DNA from: Basidiobolus ranarum
Lineage: Eukaryota
Direction of reading: 5' to 3'
Assembly: GCA_040143965.1 (NCBI GenBank)
Contig: JASJQH010000030.1
Span: 1-44,430 of the forward strand
DNA: 44,430 bases
The translations under genes and the position numbers were made by a program. Shown piece by piece: positions 25,342 through 38,500 of this stretch. Each line of letters starts with the position of its first letter. The stretch's first letter is position 1. The notes under the pieces are model-generated. The model had not been told where the DNA came from and searched no databases. It worked only from the letters and a program-made list of their open reading frames with translations.

Positions 25342-27543
25342 TTAAGCCAAGTTAAGTGATGGATGTCGAATTCTCAAGAACTCTTTCAGTTTCTGGTGTG
25401 TTTCAGTATCGCCAGTTTTCTGCAATTGTTTAGCTACGTCCCCTATGGGCCCCTTCCTTGATGTAGGAGTTATGTCCAACTCAATCATTTCTCTCATGTA
25501 TTCTTCCGCAGCTTCCCGGTAGGCTTGGTGGTGGAGTAACGCTTTAACATACTTATCCACGTGTATCTCGGATAGTGGTATATTATCAGTCTTGAATGAT
25601 CTCCAGATGTTTCTTAATTTATCGAGATCGCGATTGTATGTGGTGAATGTTTCGAGGATTGCTGTGGCTCCATAGGTTAGGTCACTTTTGTGTGGAATGT
25701 CGTCTTTAAATCTGTTCCACAGTGCAAATAGTCGTTCGGAGTTTTGCTCTAAACTGCAACCCTTGAGGAGGACAGTCAATGTATATGAGTCAGGAGCTAC
25801 CTTATCCTGGACCATTTCATCATATAGTTTGAAAATAGACATTGGTTTCCCGTGACGTAAATAGCCATTCATCAATATATTATAGGGTATACTATTCGGC
25901 TTGATACCGAAGCTCTTCATATCTTTCAACAATCGAACAGCACGAGCTATTTGTGAACGCCTTACTAGACCATCAATCAGAAGAGAATACGTAATGGCAT
26001 CCGGGGGAAGTGAGAGGTCACGCATATCTTTGTACAAACGGAACCCTTCAGTGGCATTATTTCTCTTTACACACGCTTTTATCAAGTTATTGAAGACAAC
26101 AGTGTTTAAGTGAACTCCTTTGGATTTCATGTCTTCGTATAGCTCAAGCGCACGTTTATCATCCAAGATGTTAGCATAACCGTCAATCAGATTGGCATAG
26201 ATCCATTCATCGGGAACCACTCCCATTTTTTGCATTTCCGAGTAAATCCTTGATGCAGCCTCCATATTGCGGGTTTTAGCCAAACCATGTATCAAGTCGG
26301 TAAAGGTGACTACATTTGCCAACACCTTATGAACTTGCATACTCTCGTAGAGCTCCAAGGCATTATCTATACGTGCACTTTGCACATATCCTCGAATAAG
26401 AGTGTTGTATATCACTGTGACAGGTGGGATTCCCTGAGCAAGCATATCTTGGAACAGTTGCATGGCTGCTTCAAGATTGGAATTCTGAACTTGCCCTTTG
26501 ATTAAAATACTATAAGTGACGGTGCTTGGTCTAATGTTATGGCTCAACATCTCCCGGAAGATATCCAATGCACTTTCCATGTCGGAATTCTTTACGTGGG
26601 CATTCATAAGGATATTATAATCCATGGAGGCTGGAAGTCGATTTCTTGAGAAGATCTTTCGTTGGGCCAACATATCGTCATAGACCTTCAAGGCGTCATG
26701 AATGTCATGGTTGGCTGCAAAGTTGGTGATCAACGTATTGTATACTGTATCGTCTGGTATGAATCCTTTTTGCAACATTTCCGCGTGAATTTTAGAGTAC
26801 ACATTCATCAGATTGTGGCGACCACACACCTTGAGAAGAATCTTGTATGTATCAAAATCTGGAACCAAGCCCTCGGGACTCATGGCCTTAAACAGATCAA
26901 AAGATTGTTGAGGATTATCTCTACCAAAAGCCTCAATAACAGCATTATATATCCTAGTGTCTCGAAGCAGTTTCTTATCTAGTCGATCAAAGGTACTTTT
27001 AACTTGTTCGTAAAGCTTATTCTTACTATAGTAAGAAAATAATGCACTATAATCCTCCGGTTTTTTAAATGTCTGCCCTGTTTTTTGTAAGATATTTAAG
27101 ATTTGAGAACCACGACTTTGGCTTAATTGTCGATCGTTTTCCAAAATCCCCACCACTTCAAGTAATTTGGCAAAATGTTGGGGGGTAAGACAACTCGCAA
27201 GTTCTTTCTCCAAAATCACCTGAAATAAACTCCACGCTTTATCAGAGTCGTGAGTTGACAAAGTTTCTTCTAAAGCATTAAGTTCGTGAAATTTTTGGTT
27301 TCTTTGTTGTGGATAATTGAAACTATTTACAGGAATAACACTCGAGTTTAACCTAGTGGCGCTCTTGGAAAGTAAAAAGTTGGGTTAATTCAGAGTATTT
27401 TATGAAAGAATGGATAAAAAACCTGTATTAATACACACCAAGTTTCGAGTGAAATGCTTCCCTAACAATGATATGTTGTATGTGGGGTAACGAAGAAATT
27501 TCAACGAGGCTTGACGGCGAAGCTGAAATATTGCGAGTGACAT
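25342..27543 (-). CDS. Pentatricopeptide-repeat protein, probably mitochondrial
   Basis: Run of 35-aa PPR motifs (TYSILIKG...AMQLFQDMLAQGIPP, YNTLIRGY...); exon 1 27543-27439 spliced to 27363 gives an Arg-rich, acid-free presequence MSLAIFQLRRQASLKFLR...FTRNLSATRL. Confidence 0.92.
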
Positions 27544-27910
27544 GACTGAGTTTCCTCTCAAGAGGAAAAGAGATAACAAAGCAAAATTATTTTGTTGCTA
27601 TTAATATATGAATGATTTTTGCTTGGAAACCATTTTTAATAAATACAATGTTGATTGAACTGGTCAAAAATTTTCTATCGTTTGAATATTGTGGATTTTT
27701 TCTTAGTAAATATGAATATCCGTTAGTTTCTTAGTATGAATTAAGTTAAACAACATTCACTTCTTTGATTAAAATATTTGTTTAAGGGTGGTGAAGCTTA
27801 GCAATGGGATTACAAATCAAATGGTCTAAATACATTCAGTGATTTATTAGTGCAAAAACCCCGCCAACATGATATCTTCAATCATTTACAAGAGTCTCAA
27901 TTTTAAACAT

Positions 27911-29374
27911 TTAAAATTCAAGGGGATCTTTTCTTCCAGGCATGGAGCCACAACCAATCTTCGGTCCTTTCTTAAACTTTGAAGGTTCTTTTTTCTTATC
28001 ACCTTCATCCTTGGAAGAGGTTCGACGCTCACCAACTCCACCCTCAATTGGAAGATGGAATGTCTCGATAGTAAACCGCTTGCGACGCAGTTTAAACGCA
28101 AGATTGTTGGTAGTAGAGTGGGAAGATTGGAGAATGGATAATTTAGCAGAAGATGAAACGATGGCGTTTAGAACCGGTAGTTTACGAACGTGGAAAAATC
28201 CGTGATAGTCGGACGAAAAGTTGGCCAATTTCTCGGAACCTATTAATCACTTTGATTAGACAAACATCTGACATAAACGAACATGATATCCACGTACCAG
28301 CAAAAGATTCGATTTCGACTACTGCATCACACATATGCTCAAGCTTACGAATAAATCCTGAATCCCCACCCTCAGTACTATACAAGTGAGCAGGTACAGT
28401 CAAAACGCAGACTCCAAAAGAGAAACGAAGAAGACCACGAAGAGCATGCAAGAATTTGAATATTTGCTGCATTGGGTGATTAGAAAAGAGTAGCATGTGA
28501 CTAGAAAGTAAATCTACAAACCTGCTCATTCTTATGCTTCCAAAAAATGGAAGCAAACGAATGAATCCCAACTCGCAATATATTTCTGGTCCCGGATGAG
28601 GGAGTCGAAGAAGCACTAACCATTCAGATATCGAAGTTAGACCTCTCTGTAAGGTGTACGATCAACATATCTACTGACTAACCTGAACCCATTTTCAATT
28701 TGAGCGCGAATTTCATTAATCAATTTTTTACAATCTTCCTCGTCTTCCCACTTATCCATATCAATGAGATGCTTCGTAGCGGTATCAAGACTCAACTCTG
28801 ACATGCGTTTGGTCAGATCAAAGGAATGACAATAAATTGAAGCAGTCTCCCCTACAGTTGGCATAGCTATAGAATAGATAAGTAGGTGTTCAACGCTGAA
28901 ATCCATTTACTCAACAGATATGAGTAAAGTACCTGATTTCTTAAAGTTCGACAAACCAGCTGCAGAGACATTCAATTTAGGTAAATTCTGATATCTCCAA
29001 GCGATAGTCATCTTTTCCTCATTTCCCTCAGCGGTTTCTTTTTCTTTTTGTTCTGTCTCCTCTTTTTTATCACCACCGAAATCTGGTAATGAATCGATGA
29101 ACTTTTGGGGATCTTCGTCAGCTGAAGCTAATAGAATCGCGTGTTTCGAAGCGACTCCTTGAGCCAAGAAATACTTTAAGAGGACTTGAGCATAATCGGT
29201 GTGTTTGTCCTCTTTGATCATAAGCACCGAACCGATAGGCAAACCTCCGCCAAGAACATCGTCAAAAGAGGGAACTCCTGTCGATGTTAGTAGCTGACCA
29301 TTATGTGCACTAAGTCTAGAGCCGGGAGGAAGTTTTGGTTGGTTTAAAGAAGTACGTTTCTTAAAAGAACTCAT
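27911..29374 (-). CDS. ELP4: Elongator complex subunit 4 (PAXNEB family), 5 exons
   Basis: TSTGVPSFDDVLGGGLPIGS...LLKYFLAQG...MTIAWRY...YCHSFDLTKRM...LAFKLRRKRFTIETFHLP. Confidence 0.95.
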
Positions 29375-29626
29375 GAGTGGATTTTAGAAAGTAACGAACT
29401 TATCCAACTCGTTCAATATTAAAATATCAAATATATCATTTTAGGGAATTTTTAGCAAATTTAGGTATCAAGTCGAATGAATTTTGATGTATGTTAATTC
29501 TATGTCTATAGTTGAAATTGATAAAAATCAATATTTTTTTTTGTTCAAAATCATTGGATACTACTTGGTAAAGCTGGGTGGTGAGCAGTTGAGTCCTTTC
29601 GCATTAACGTGAACGGTGAACTGAAC

Positions 29627-31208
29627 ATGACTGAAAAAGAAGAAGTCAAATGTCTGGAATTTTTCAGCGGAATTGGTGGACTTGTAAGCTAATTGACAAG
29701 TGAATTGAGACCTGAAAATCCCTTTCCAAATGTAGTTTTAATTTATGGTTACTCTAATTTAGCATTACGCCTTTATTACTGCTGGTGTTTTCGGTGAAGT
29801 AGTTGCTAGTTTCGACATGAATGAGGTTGCTAATCAAGTTTACAAGCACAACTTCAAGAAAACTCCCGTTAATGTACTTATTATATCTGAAATATTCTGT
29901 CAAGTTGCTTCGTGAAGTTGTAGTTAACCTTACCACATGCTATGATTTTAGAAAGGAATCGAGTTTCTTAACGCAACTGACATTCAAAAGTATGTGTTGT
30001 CCTGAAAAATACACAAGAGCCTCGAATACTCACCACATTTAATTAACATATATCAGGTATCAAGCCAACTGTTGGTTACTGAGTCCCCCTTGTCAGGTAT
30101 TTATCAGAACTATTCATCAGAAATATTCATTGAAATCATTCTCACCATACTCAGCCTTATACACGTGGAGGAAAATCTCTTGATGACCAAGATGAACGCG
30201 CCAAAGGGTTATTGCACTTGATTGATCTACTCCCAGAGCTACAGTCCCCACCCAAGTATATTTTTCTCGAAAATGTCAAAAACTTCGAGTACTCACGTTC
30301 AAGGGAGCGACTGGTTGGTTGTCTCGATGATCTAGACTATGAGATTCACGAATGTCTACTGTCTCCACTACAATTTGGTATTCCAAATGATCGACTTCGC
30401 TATTACTTAATGGCTTGTCGAAAGCCCTCATCATCAGTCATCGATAAGAATAAGGAGAAATACGTAGATACTTGTCAAATCTATACCACATGGCCGTTCT
30501 CGGACGATAAAGAGAAAAACGAGCTACGATTAAATGGTGCCTTTTCTGAACTCAACACAGAAGATTATTTATTTGAATTACCAAAACTAGAGAGTTATCT
30601 GGAGAAAGAGGATATTCTTGAAACATATCAAGTACCTGAAAAATATATCACAAAAACCACCTCGTTCCGGTTTGATATTGTTCGACCTAGCGACGTTCGA
30701 TGCTCATGCTTCACCAAAGTAACCTAGGTTTTGATTTATGTCTGTTTCCCCTGCTCCTGCTAACGATGTCTTCTCTCGGCTTAGGGCTATGGCAGTCGAC
30801 ATGTCTATAGAAGTGGTTCCTTTCTGCAAACAAAGAAACTGGAGGTAGTTTTAACATTAGAGTCAAACCACTGTCCTTCATAATCCATTAAAATACTTGC
30901 AGTATACTAGCTACGATTGGGAGCACCCAGAGAGTTTGCTCGATTTAGGGTTACGATTCTTTAGTCCTCTTGAAGTTGCTAGATTGCACGCTTTTCCAGT
31001 AAAGCGTGAAAATGACACTGAGACTCCGGCCAGTGAAAGCAACAGCAGCACACCAAGACCGTTCCGTCCTCATTCCAAGCCTCCTCTTCTTGAGTTTCCT
31101 GACACAATTAGCACTAAACAACAGTATCGACTCTTGGGAAATAGTCTGAATGTATGGGTTATTGCAGAGCTTATGAGATGTATACTTTTCTCACCTCGTC
31201 AAGAATGA
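29627..31208 (+). CDS. DNMT2: Dnmt2/TRDMT1 tRNA cytosine-38 C5-methyltransferase, 7 exons
   Basis: Motif I LEFFSGIGG, IV SPPCQPYTR, VI LENV, VIII PNDRLRYY, Dnmt2-diagnostic CFTKGYG, IX LRFFSPLEVARLHAFP, X QYRLLGNSLNV. Confidence 0.95.
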
Positions 31209-31384
31209 ATGTGTATTGGAGTGAAGGCTCAGATCAAAAATAAATATGACAGTGATATCCAAAGTTATGTTATTGATTGTTACTTTGTAATTTTATTTTT
31301 GAGTAAAGTATGAACAAACGATGCTTCCGCGTGATTAATGATACTTTAATAAGGAAGAAGCCCAAATTGAAATCAGGAATACAT

Positions 31385-31896
31385 TTATTCAGACTTGGTC
31401 TTAGGACCCTTGGTCTTGGCGGTACCACGGAGCTTCTTAAGACGGTTCTTACGTTCCTTGCGTTGCTTACGAGAAGTAATACCATTTTCGGCAAGACCGT
31501 GACGAACAAGACGGTACTTGGGCTCGAATTTCTTGGCAGCATCCAAGGAGTCATAAATCAAGGCGAATCCAGTAGATTTACCACCACCGAAGGCGTTACG
31601 GAAACCGAAACAGAAGACATTCTCCTTCTCGGATTTGTACATCTTGGCGAGCTTCTCGCGGAGCTCATCCTTGCTGATGTTGGCCTTACCAGGGTGCAAG
31701 ATATCAACAACGAACTGCTTGCGTTGCAAGAGTCTGTTGGTCAAGAATTTGCGAGTACGAATAGTAACAGTGGCGTCGGCCTGTAAATTATAAGAGAAGA
31801 GTTAGTTAGCAAGAGCAATGATTGATGTATCCATCTGAGTTGGATTTCTGAGGATGGTTGTAACGGATATCTGTAGCGATGAAGAATACTAACCAT
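31385..31896 (-). CDS. RPS24: 40S ribosomal protein S24 (eS24); first coding exon is only ATG
   Basis: ATG at 31896-31894, intron 31893-31781 (GTTAGT...CTAAC...CAG), then [31 protein letters not shown]...[14 protein letters not shown]. Confidence 0.97.
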
Positions 31897-32342
31897 TTTT
31901 CTTGTTTCAAACCTTGAACCACGAAGGAACTCAAAAACTAGGAAAAGAGGAAGAATTCTCTGGACAACATCGTGTACTTTATTTCAGCCCTACAGCAAGA
32001 TTTTCGAAAAAAAAATTCATTTCTATTCTTCATTCATTGATTCATCTCATTTTACATGGGGGAGATCCTTCATGGCTTCTGGTTGGTCAGAAATTTTACG
32101 ATAACTTGGAATTTTGTACGATTGACTTGTAGTTGGTCTTATCGGGTTACTCGATCTAGCCCCTGACCTCTGTCTGATCTATTAGGGTTAGCTTATACAC
32201 AACAGTTGTTTAGAGGCTTGAGTGATTTGGTGACTTGATGATTCGGTCAAATATACGTTGATTTCTTCAAAATTATTAAAGTCATTATTTATTTGATGTT
32301 AATAAAGTGGGATGTATATCAACGTTCACATAGAGCAGGTAT

Positions 32343-33194
32343 TCAAGAGGATTTGGAGGCGTCCTTTTCAGCTTGAAGTTTGGCTATTTTGGAGTTCATA
32401 ACATCCACGAGAACTATGGTACAAATAAAACCACATAAATAACATATTTCCAATCAATCGACCATTGGATTTTTCAATTACCTCGAAGATTATTTTGTTT
32501 GCTAGTTACTGTTTCTTGAAGCTTGTCCAAATTGCCCTGAAGGTAGTCGACTTTACCCTGATAGAAGCCATGGGCATCTTGGGTGGACTGAAGATAACCA
32601 AATCAATTAGATATCGTACATAAAAATCATCTCTTTTGTTCTTTAGGTACCTTTTCGACATAGTATCCGGTACCGACGTCGATAATTACGTTTGATACAT
32701 TACCGAGAGTTCCTGGAACATAAAGGTAAGCCATAATTAAGGGAAACAACAATCATCTGTGTATTTATGAGAACATTCTCCAACATCCAGCAATTAGGTA
32801 AGAAAGGATATAGAGTTGGTTAAAGGAATGAGGATGGTTTTTCCTATAAAGAGGTTTTAAAGAGGGATTATTTAGTTGGGTTCAAAGTATATCAAATAGA
32901 GTAAACATCTGGCTGATAAACATACCGGAGTTTTCAGGCTTTAAGGTTTCTACACATTCTTTACAATCTCTGAAAGTAGATTGAGCTTGTTTAAGTTGCG
33001 AGTAAGAGGAAGTAAGTTGAGAAAGTTCCTTATGAATTTTATGATAAGGTTAATGAATTGAAAATCAAAACGAAACCATTCCACTTTTTAAAAACTAAGT
33101 ATATAAATACCTCTTCAAGTTGACCTTTAACTTGTTGAAGAGATTGTAGAGGAAGATCTTCCAAATCTACTGTTTGTGTATTAGCACCAGACAT
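32343..33194 (-). CDS. PFDN5: Prefoldin subunit 5 (alpha type), 6 short exons; absent from the ORF track
   Basis: Spliced: MSGANTQTVDLEDLPLQSLQQVKGQLEEELSQLTSSYSQLKQAQ...ILIPLTNS|LYVPGTLGNVSNVIIDVGTGYYVEK...KVDYLQGNLDKLQ...; stop TGA at 32345-32343. Confidence 0.95.
32726..32811 (-). other. U12-type AT-AC intron, 86 nt, phase 0, in PFDN5
   Basis: Minus strand: ...ACC AAC TCT | ATATCCTTT ... TTTCCCTTAAT TATGGCTTAC | CTT TAT GTT CCA GGA; removal rebuilds the conserved PLTxSLYVPG motif. Confidence 0.94.
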
Positions 33195-33500
33195 GATTTA
33201 CTACACTTTCCCTAAACTGAACTTTACGAAATTTCCAATATATGCTATATAACTTTTGGGAAAAAAAGAAAAAATTCACCTGGATCTTCTAGGTGAGGGG
33301 AGGGGTTGAATCAATTCCATTGGAAATCTCATGGATTGTTTACCTTTATTCTCGGAGATTAAAATGCTGAATTTTTAATCAAGAATGATGGTTATGATGA
33401 TGGTGATGATGTAGGTTAGATCTTTGCTGAAACAATCCAAGATATTATGTATTGACAAATAGGTTGATAGTCTGGTTACTTGCTAGACTGGATTCTATTT

Positions 33501-36500
33501 ATGGCTCAAGCTGTAGTATCAACGACTTCACAAGTCGTGATGTCTTCAGAGATAGTTTCAAGTTCTCCAACGGATGAACTAGTATTCAAGCCACGTCAGT
33601 ACCAGATAGATATATTTCAAGGAGCTTTGAGTAGAAATGTCATTGCCGTTCTTGACACCGGAACTGGGAAAACTTTGATATCAGTGTTAGTAATTCAACA
33701 CATTTTACAAATAGAAAAAGAATTCCATGAAATGACTGGCAAAGTAAGAACTCTATTTTTTGGTTCAATAGTTACTTCTTGAGTAAGTTTGATTTAGAGC
33801 TCTCCTAAAATGTACACCTCTTTTCTACAGAGAAGAATCACTTTTTTCTTAGTGAACCTGGTACCGTTAGTAACTCAACAAGCGCAGGTATTGTCCAATA
33901 ATTTACCTGTCAGAGTAAAGCAATACTGTGGTGAGTTGAAGGTGGATAGCTGGAACATAGAAAAATGGAGACAAGAGTTTCGTGAAGCAGAGGTCATGGT
34001 CATGACGGCACAGATTTTACTGAACATCATGCGACATGGGTTTATTTCCATGAAAGAGGTGATTATTTCCTTTCAATATTGGATGTCAATGCCACCCATC
34101 ACTAATATCCCATTTTTATATGTACTATGTAGATAAATTTGTTAGTGTTTGACGAATGCCATCACGCCAGAAAGAACCATCCGTATAACCTAATAATGCG
34201 AGAGTTCTATGATCGTTCCTTACCTATGGAGCGACCTAAGATATTTGGGATGACCGCCTCACCAAATAGTTCAAAAACTGGAGTGAGCTTCAGTGCAAGG
34301 TACTTATATTTACCGATGTAAAAGACGATTCTTGTATAAGTAACACTGTAATCGATAGTTCTTTGGAGACGAACTTGGCGAGTAAAATAGTCACAGTGGA
34401 TGAAACCCAGATTCAAGATTTCGTAAATCGACCAAAAGAATATTTCATCAAATATAGTCCATCTCCTCAATATACTCATACGCCACTTTATCAATCTTTT
34501 GAAGAGGAATTCCAAAATGTGGATATTCTAAAGAGGGCTTTTAGCGTAGCTGACTTGATACTGCACGAATTAGGTCCATGGTGTTCAGACCACGTTTGGG
34601 AGTATATGTTGGCCATTATTCAAGAAAGTCTTGCCAATCCGCTCTACTTAACGACCCACCCTAATATCGAATTTGAGCAAATGGTAATGAATAGATCGTT
34701 GGATGTTCTCAAGAGTAATCTCTTTCACGCTCCCAAATTATCTTTGGATTGCGTATCTCCCAAGGTACTCAAACTCATTGAGGTACTGCGGTTCTATGAA
34801 AAGGCTCCGACGGGGTTTTGTGGAATCATATTTGTAGAGAAGAGATTTACGGCTTATGCTCTAAAGGTACTGATCAACGGAATTCCGGGCTTTGAGTTTC
34901 TAAAGTTGGATATACTTGTTGGCCATGGAACTACGGAGCGTGGCGATATTCGCATGAAATTCAAAGAACAGAATCGAATTATAGAAAAATTCAAAAGTGG
35001 AGAGCTTAATTTACTTATTGCAACTAGTGTGGCCGAAGAAGGCTTAGACATTCAGCCTTGTAATCTGGTTATAAGGTAATGGCTCAATGTAATATCGATT
35101 TAGTGAGGAATAAGTGCTAACATATACTATTGACATATAATAGATTCGATTTCTTTCACAGTCTTACTGGTTACATTCAATCTCGAGGGCGCGCACGTCA
35201 GAAAAATTCAAAATACGTGATCATGGTAGAGAAAGGGAATGCCAAACAGGGGAGGTTGTACTGTGAAATAAGAAAGGCGGAGGAAGACATGAAGGGTTGG
35301 TGCTTGACTGACGCAAAACTGCGAGCAAAGACTCAGGAGATGAGTATAAGCGAGGAAGAGACTAAACAAACTATATACATTAGCCCTAAAACCGGAGCAA
35401 TTTGTTCTTTAAATTCCTCAGTGGCTTTAGTCCATTCTTTTTGCTCTCTTTTAAACAATGACCCATACTGTGACCCCTTACCAAACTTTGAAATGACAAA
35501 TGAAGGGAGCGGTTTTGTTTGTCGTCTCATCATGCCTAAGAATTCGCCTATTCGAGAAGTGACTGGTGACTTCGTTCCATCAAAGCGCTTGGCGAAGCAA
35601 TCGGCTGCTCTGAAGGCTTGTATACAATTACACGAACTTGGTGCTTTAGATGATCGTTTATTGCCAATAAATCCAAATCAAGATGACGAGGATGAGGATG
35701 ACCCAGACGATGCTCCAGACTCACTTGAGGGAACCTGGAAATCTAGACGAGACTATGCCGCAAAAAGTCCCAATTTTTGGAGCATAGGTGACTCCGAGAC
35801 AAATACGAATAATTTATTGTATATGTCTATTGTAACAATCAACAATTCTGATGCGACTGATGCTAGCACAGGCAATCTTCGGGCTCTTGGCATTATTACG
35901 TGCGGTAAGCCACTTGAAATTCCATCTTTTAACCTTTACGTTAAGGATGTTCCACACACCGTGAAATTCAGCAATGGAGAAGGGCACATAAACCTAGATG
36001 ATGAGCAAATCGGGGAATTGACTAAATATACTTCAACCTTATTTTCACTTCTGTTACGAAAGCAATTGGCACACCCTTCCTCGAATTTCCAGTATTTCAT
36101 AGCACCTTTGAGCCGTAACGATTCTACAAGTATTGATTGGGATGAAGTCCACGCAGGGACTTCAGATAAAACTTTACCGATCGATTATAGCATCGATCGC
36201 GACATCGTTATCGTAGATGAGTTTGAATATCAGAGGCGGTATTTCTTAAAGAACATACATTGGGATCTTTCACCAGAATCCCAAATTTCCCCCAACAGAG
36301 GTATCGTGATCAAAGACTCCAAGTATGCTCATGTTGGTGATTATTACGAGCAAAAGTACAAGAAAACCATCGTCGACTGGAAACAACCGATTCTGGAGGT
36401 AGAAGAAGCACTCAAAACATTGAATTTTCTGATTCCAGTGAGCACAGCATCGCCGAAGATTCGGTTAAGCTCGAATAACTTTATTATTCCAGAATTTTCT

Positions 36501-38029
36501 AGTAAATTGCCCATACCAGCCAGTACATTTCGTTCAGCTATGTATCTTCCTTCTATCCTAACTCGGGTAAATTCCATACTCTTAGTGAAAGAATTAAAGG
36601 AGAAGCTGGATTTAGATGTTGATGATATACTGCTTATGGAAGCGTTTTCTATTCCATCCGCCAGTTTAGACATCAATTATGAACGTCTTGAAACTCTTGG
36701 GGATTCTTTCTTGAAGCTTGGGGTTAGTATCCGAGTGTACCTTGTATATCCGTCGAAGCAAGAAGGCCAATTACACTGTCAAAGAATTAAAAGTATCTCC
36801 AATTGTGCTTTATTCCGTAACGCTGTAAAATTGGAGCTCAATAAGTATGTTACATCGGCTCCTTTCAACCGGAAGCATTGGCTACCTCCGAATTTTGTGA
36901 TAGATAGTGCCTCTGATTTAAAGCGTACCTCTGGCCATACTCTTTCGGATAAAACCATGGCTGATTTAGTAGAAGCTTGCCTAGGAGCTTGCTATCTATC
37001 TAGTGGTGAGGAGTCGGCCCTAGATTGTGCTATCAAGATGATGATACCTTTCCCAGAAATCAAACACTGGAGAGAATTCGCTACATTGAGTAATCTTCCA
37101 CCTCAGATTCGATCAGACGGGGTACAGTCTCAGAATTTCAACTTTGAGGAAATTGAAGACTTATTGGATTACAAGTTCCAAGATCCACGTATTTTGCTAG
37201 AGGCATTCACACATCCCTCTTATCCAAATCCTAGTACACCGTGCTATCAAAGATTGGAGTTCCTTGGAGATGCAGTGTTAGATTTCTTGGTTGTTAGTTA
37301 TATCTACGACAAATATACTCACAGCACCCCAGCTGAAATTACCAATCTTAAGAGTGCATCGGTAAGTAATACCTTTCTCTCGGTTGTCTCTCACTCTCTT
37401 GGATTACATAAGCACTTGGTGCACTTCTCGAGTTTGTTGGATATGAATATCACAGAATTTGTGAACCAGTTAGAGAAGTGTAAAAGCCAGGCCGAAGAGC
37501 AAGGTTCAAACAACCAATACTGGCTACATCTTAATCCTCCCAAAGCAATTGCAGATTTGATTGAGTCTTTATTTGGTGCTATCTTTGTGGATTCCAAATT
37601 CTCATTGCCCCAAGTAAAAAAGACCTTCGATCAGCATATTAAACCGTTCCTTGAGAAGTACATAAGACCAGGAGTGGTTGAAGTGCATCCGGTGGTAAAG
37701 TTAACCATGATGATACAGAAGATGGGGTGTATGGAATTAACTTTAAGGTGAGATTTGCTAATTCACTTGATGAAATCCAAGCATTATATTGAGTCTACTC
37801 TTTGAAATTTAGAAACAGCACAGGAATGAGTGGAGACTCCGAGATTCAAAAATGTGATATTTTCATTCATGACACTTCAATATCTACCGGTAGCGGCGTG
37901 GTGGTTCGATCTGCTAGAAAAGAGGCTGCATCATTAGCAATGGACAAACTCAATACGGATCCCGAATATTTTGAGAAACTTTGTAAATGTCCTAGAAGGA
38001 AGCAATCGGTAGAACCTGAAAGTGACTAA
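33501..38029 (+). CDS. dcl: Dicer-like RNase III (helicase, DUF283, PAZ-like, two RNase III domains, C-terminal dsRBD), 6 exons
   Basis: [41 protein letters not shown]283 [17 protein letters not shown]-like DYYEQKY...QPILEV...IIPE; RNase IIIa [13 protein letters not shown]; RNase IIIb [13 protein letters not shown]. Confidence 0.96.
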
Positions 38030-38500
38030 ATATATGTTTTTAGTGATTTTTCAATTTGTATTTTTCTTGTTCATTATATTTACTTGGATTAATCGAATAT
38101 CATGTACAAATGTTTCTCTTTCTATCAACACATACAACACCCTTCCACACATAGGCACTTACACATAGCTTTTCGATAGATTTATAATTTTGACTAAAGG
38201 TGTTACATCCAAAACCATCCATCCATGCTTAGCTAATGTGAACGAGATGAGGGTTAGGGTTGGGGTTAAATGGTATGAAATCTACAGGAGTACTGCTGAT
38301 GCTACTAGAGAAAGATTACATACAATTGAAACGAGGAGGTGTAGTCACACATCGGGAAGAATCTTCAACAAGAGACTGGTGATATTATTAACAAGAGGAC
38401 ATATTGTGTGTAATGTATAACTCTGTATGTATATAGAAAGATTATTATGTGAAGGGGGGAGGAGAGGGGCTTAGTAACATTAGTTATGAGTATATTCACC

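Noticed and set aside
29627-31208. C5 methyltransferase as the cause of CpG loss, or as a restriction-modification enzyme
   Set aside because: The CFT motif and intron-rich structure identify it as Dnmt2, a tRNA methyltransferase.
31310-31786. 158-aa plus-strand ORF
   Set aside because: Antisense shadow of the codon-biased RPS24 gene; the same applies to shadow ORFs over eIF3i, PPR and Dicer.
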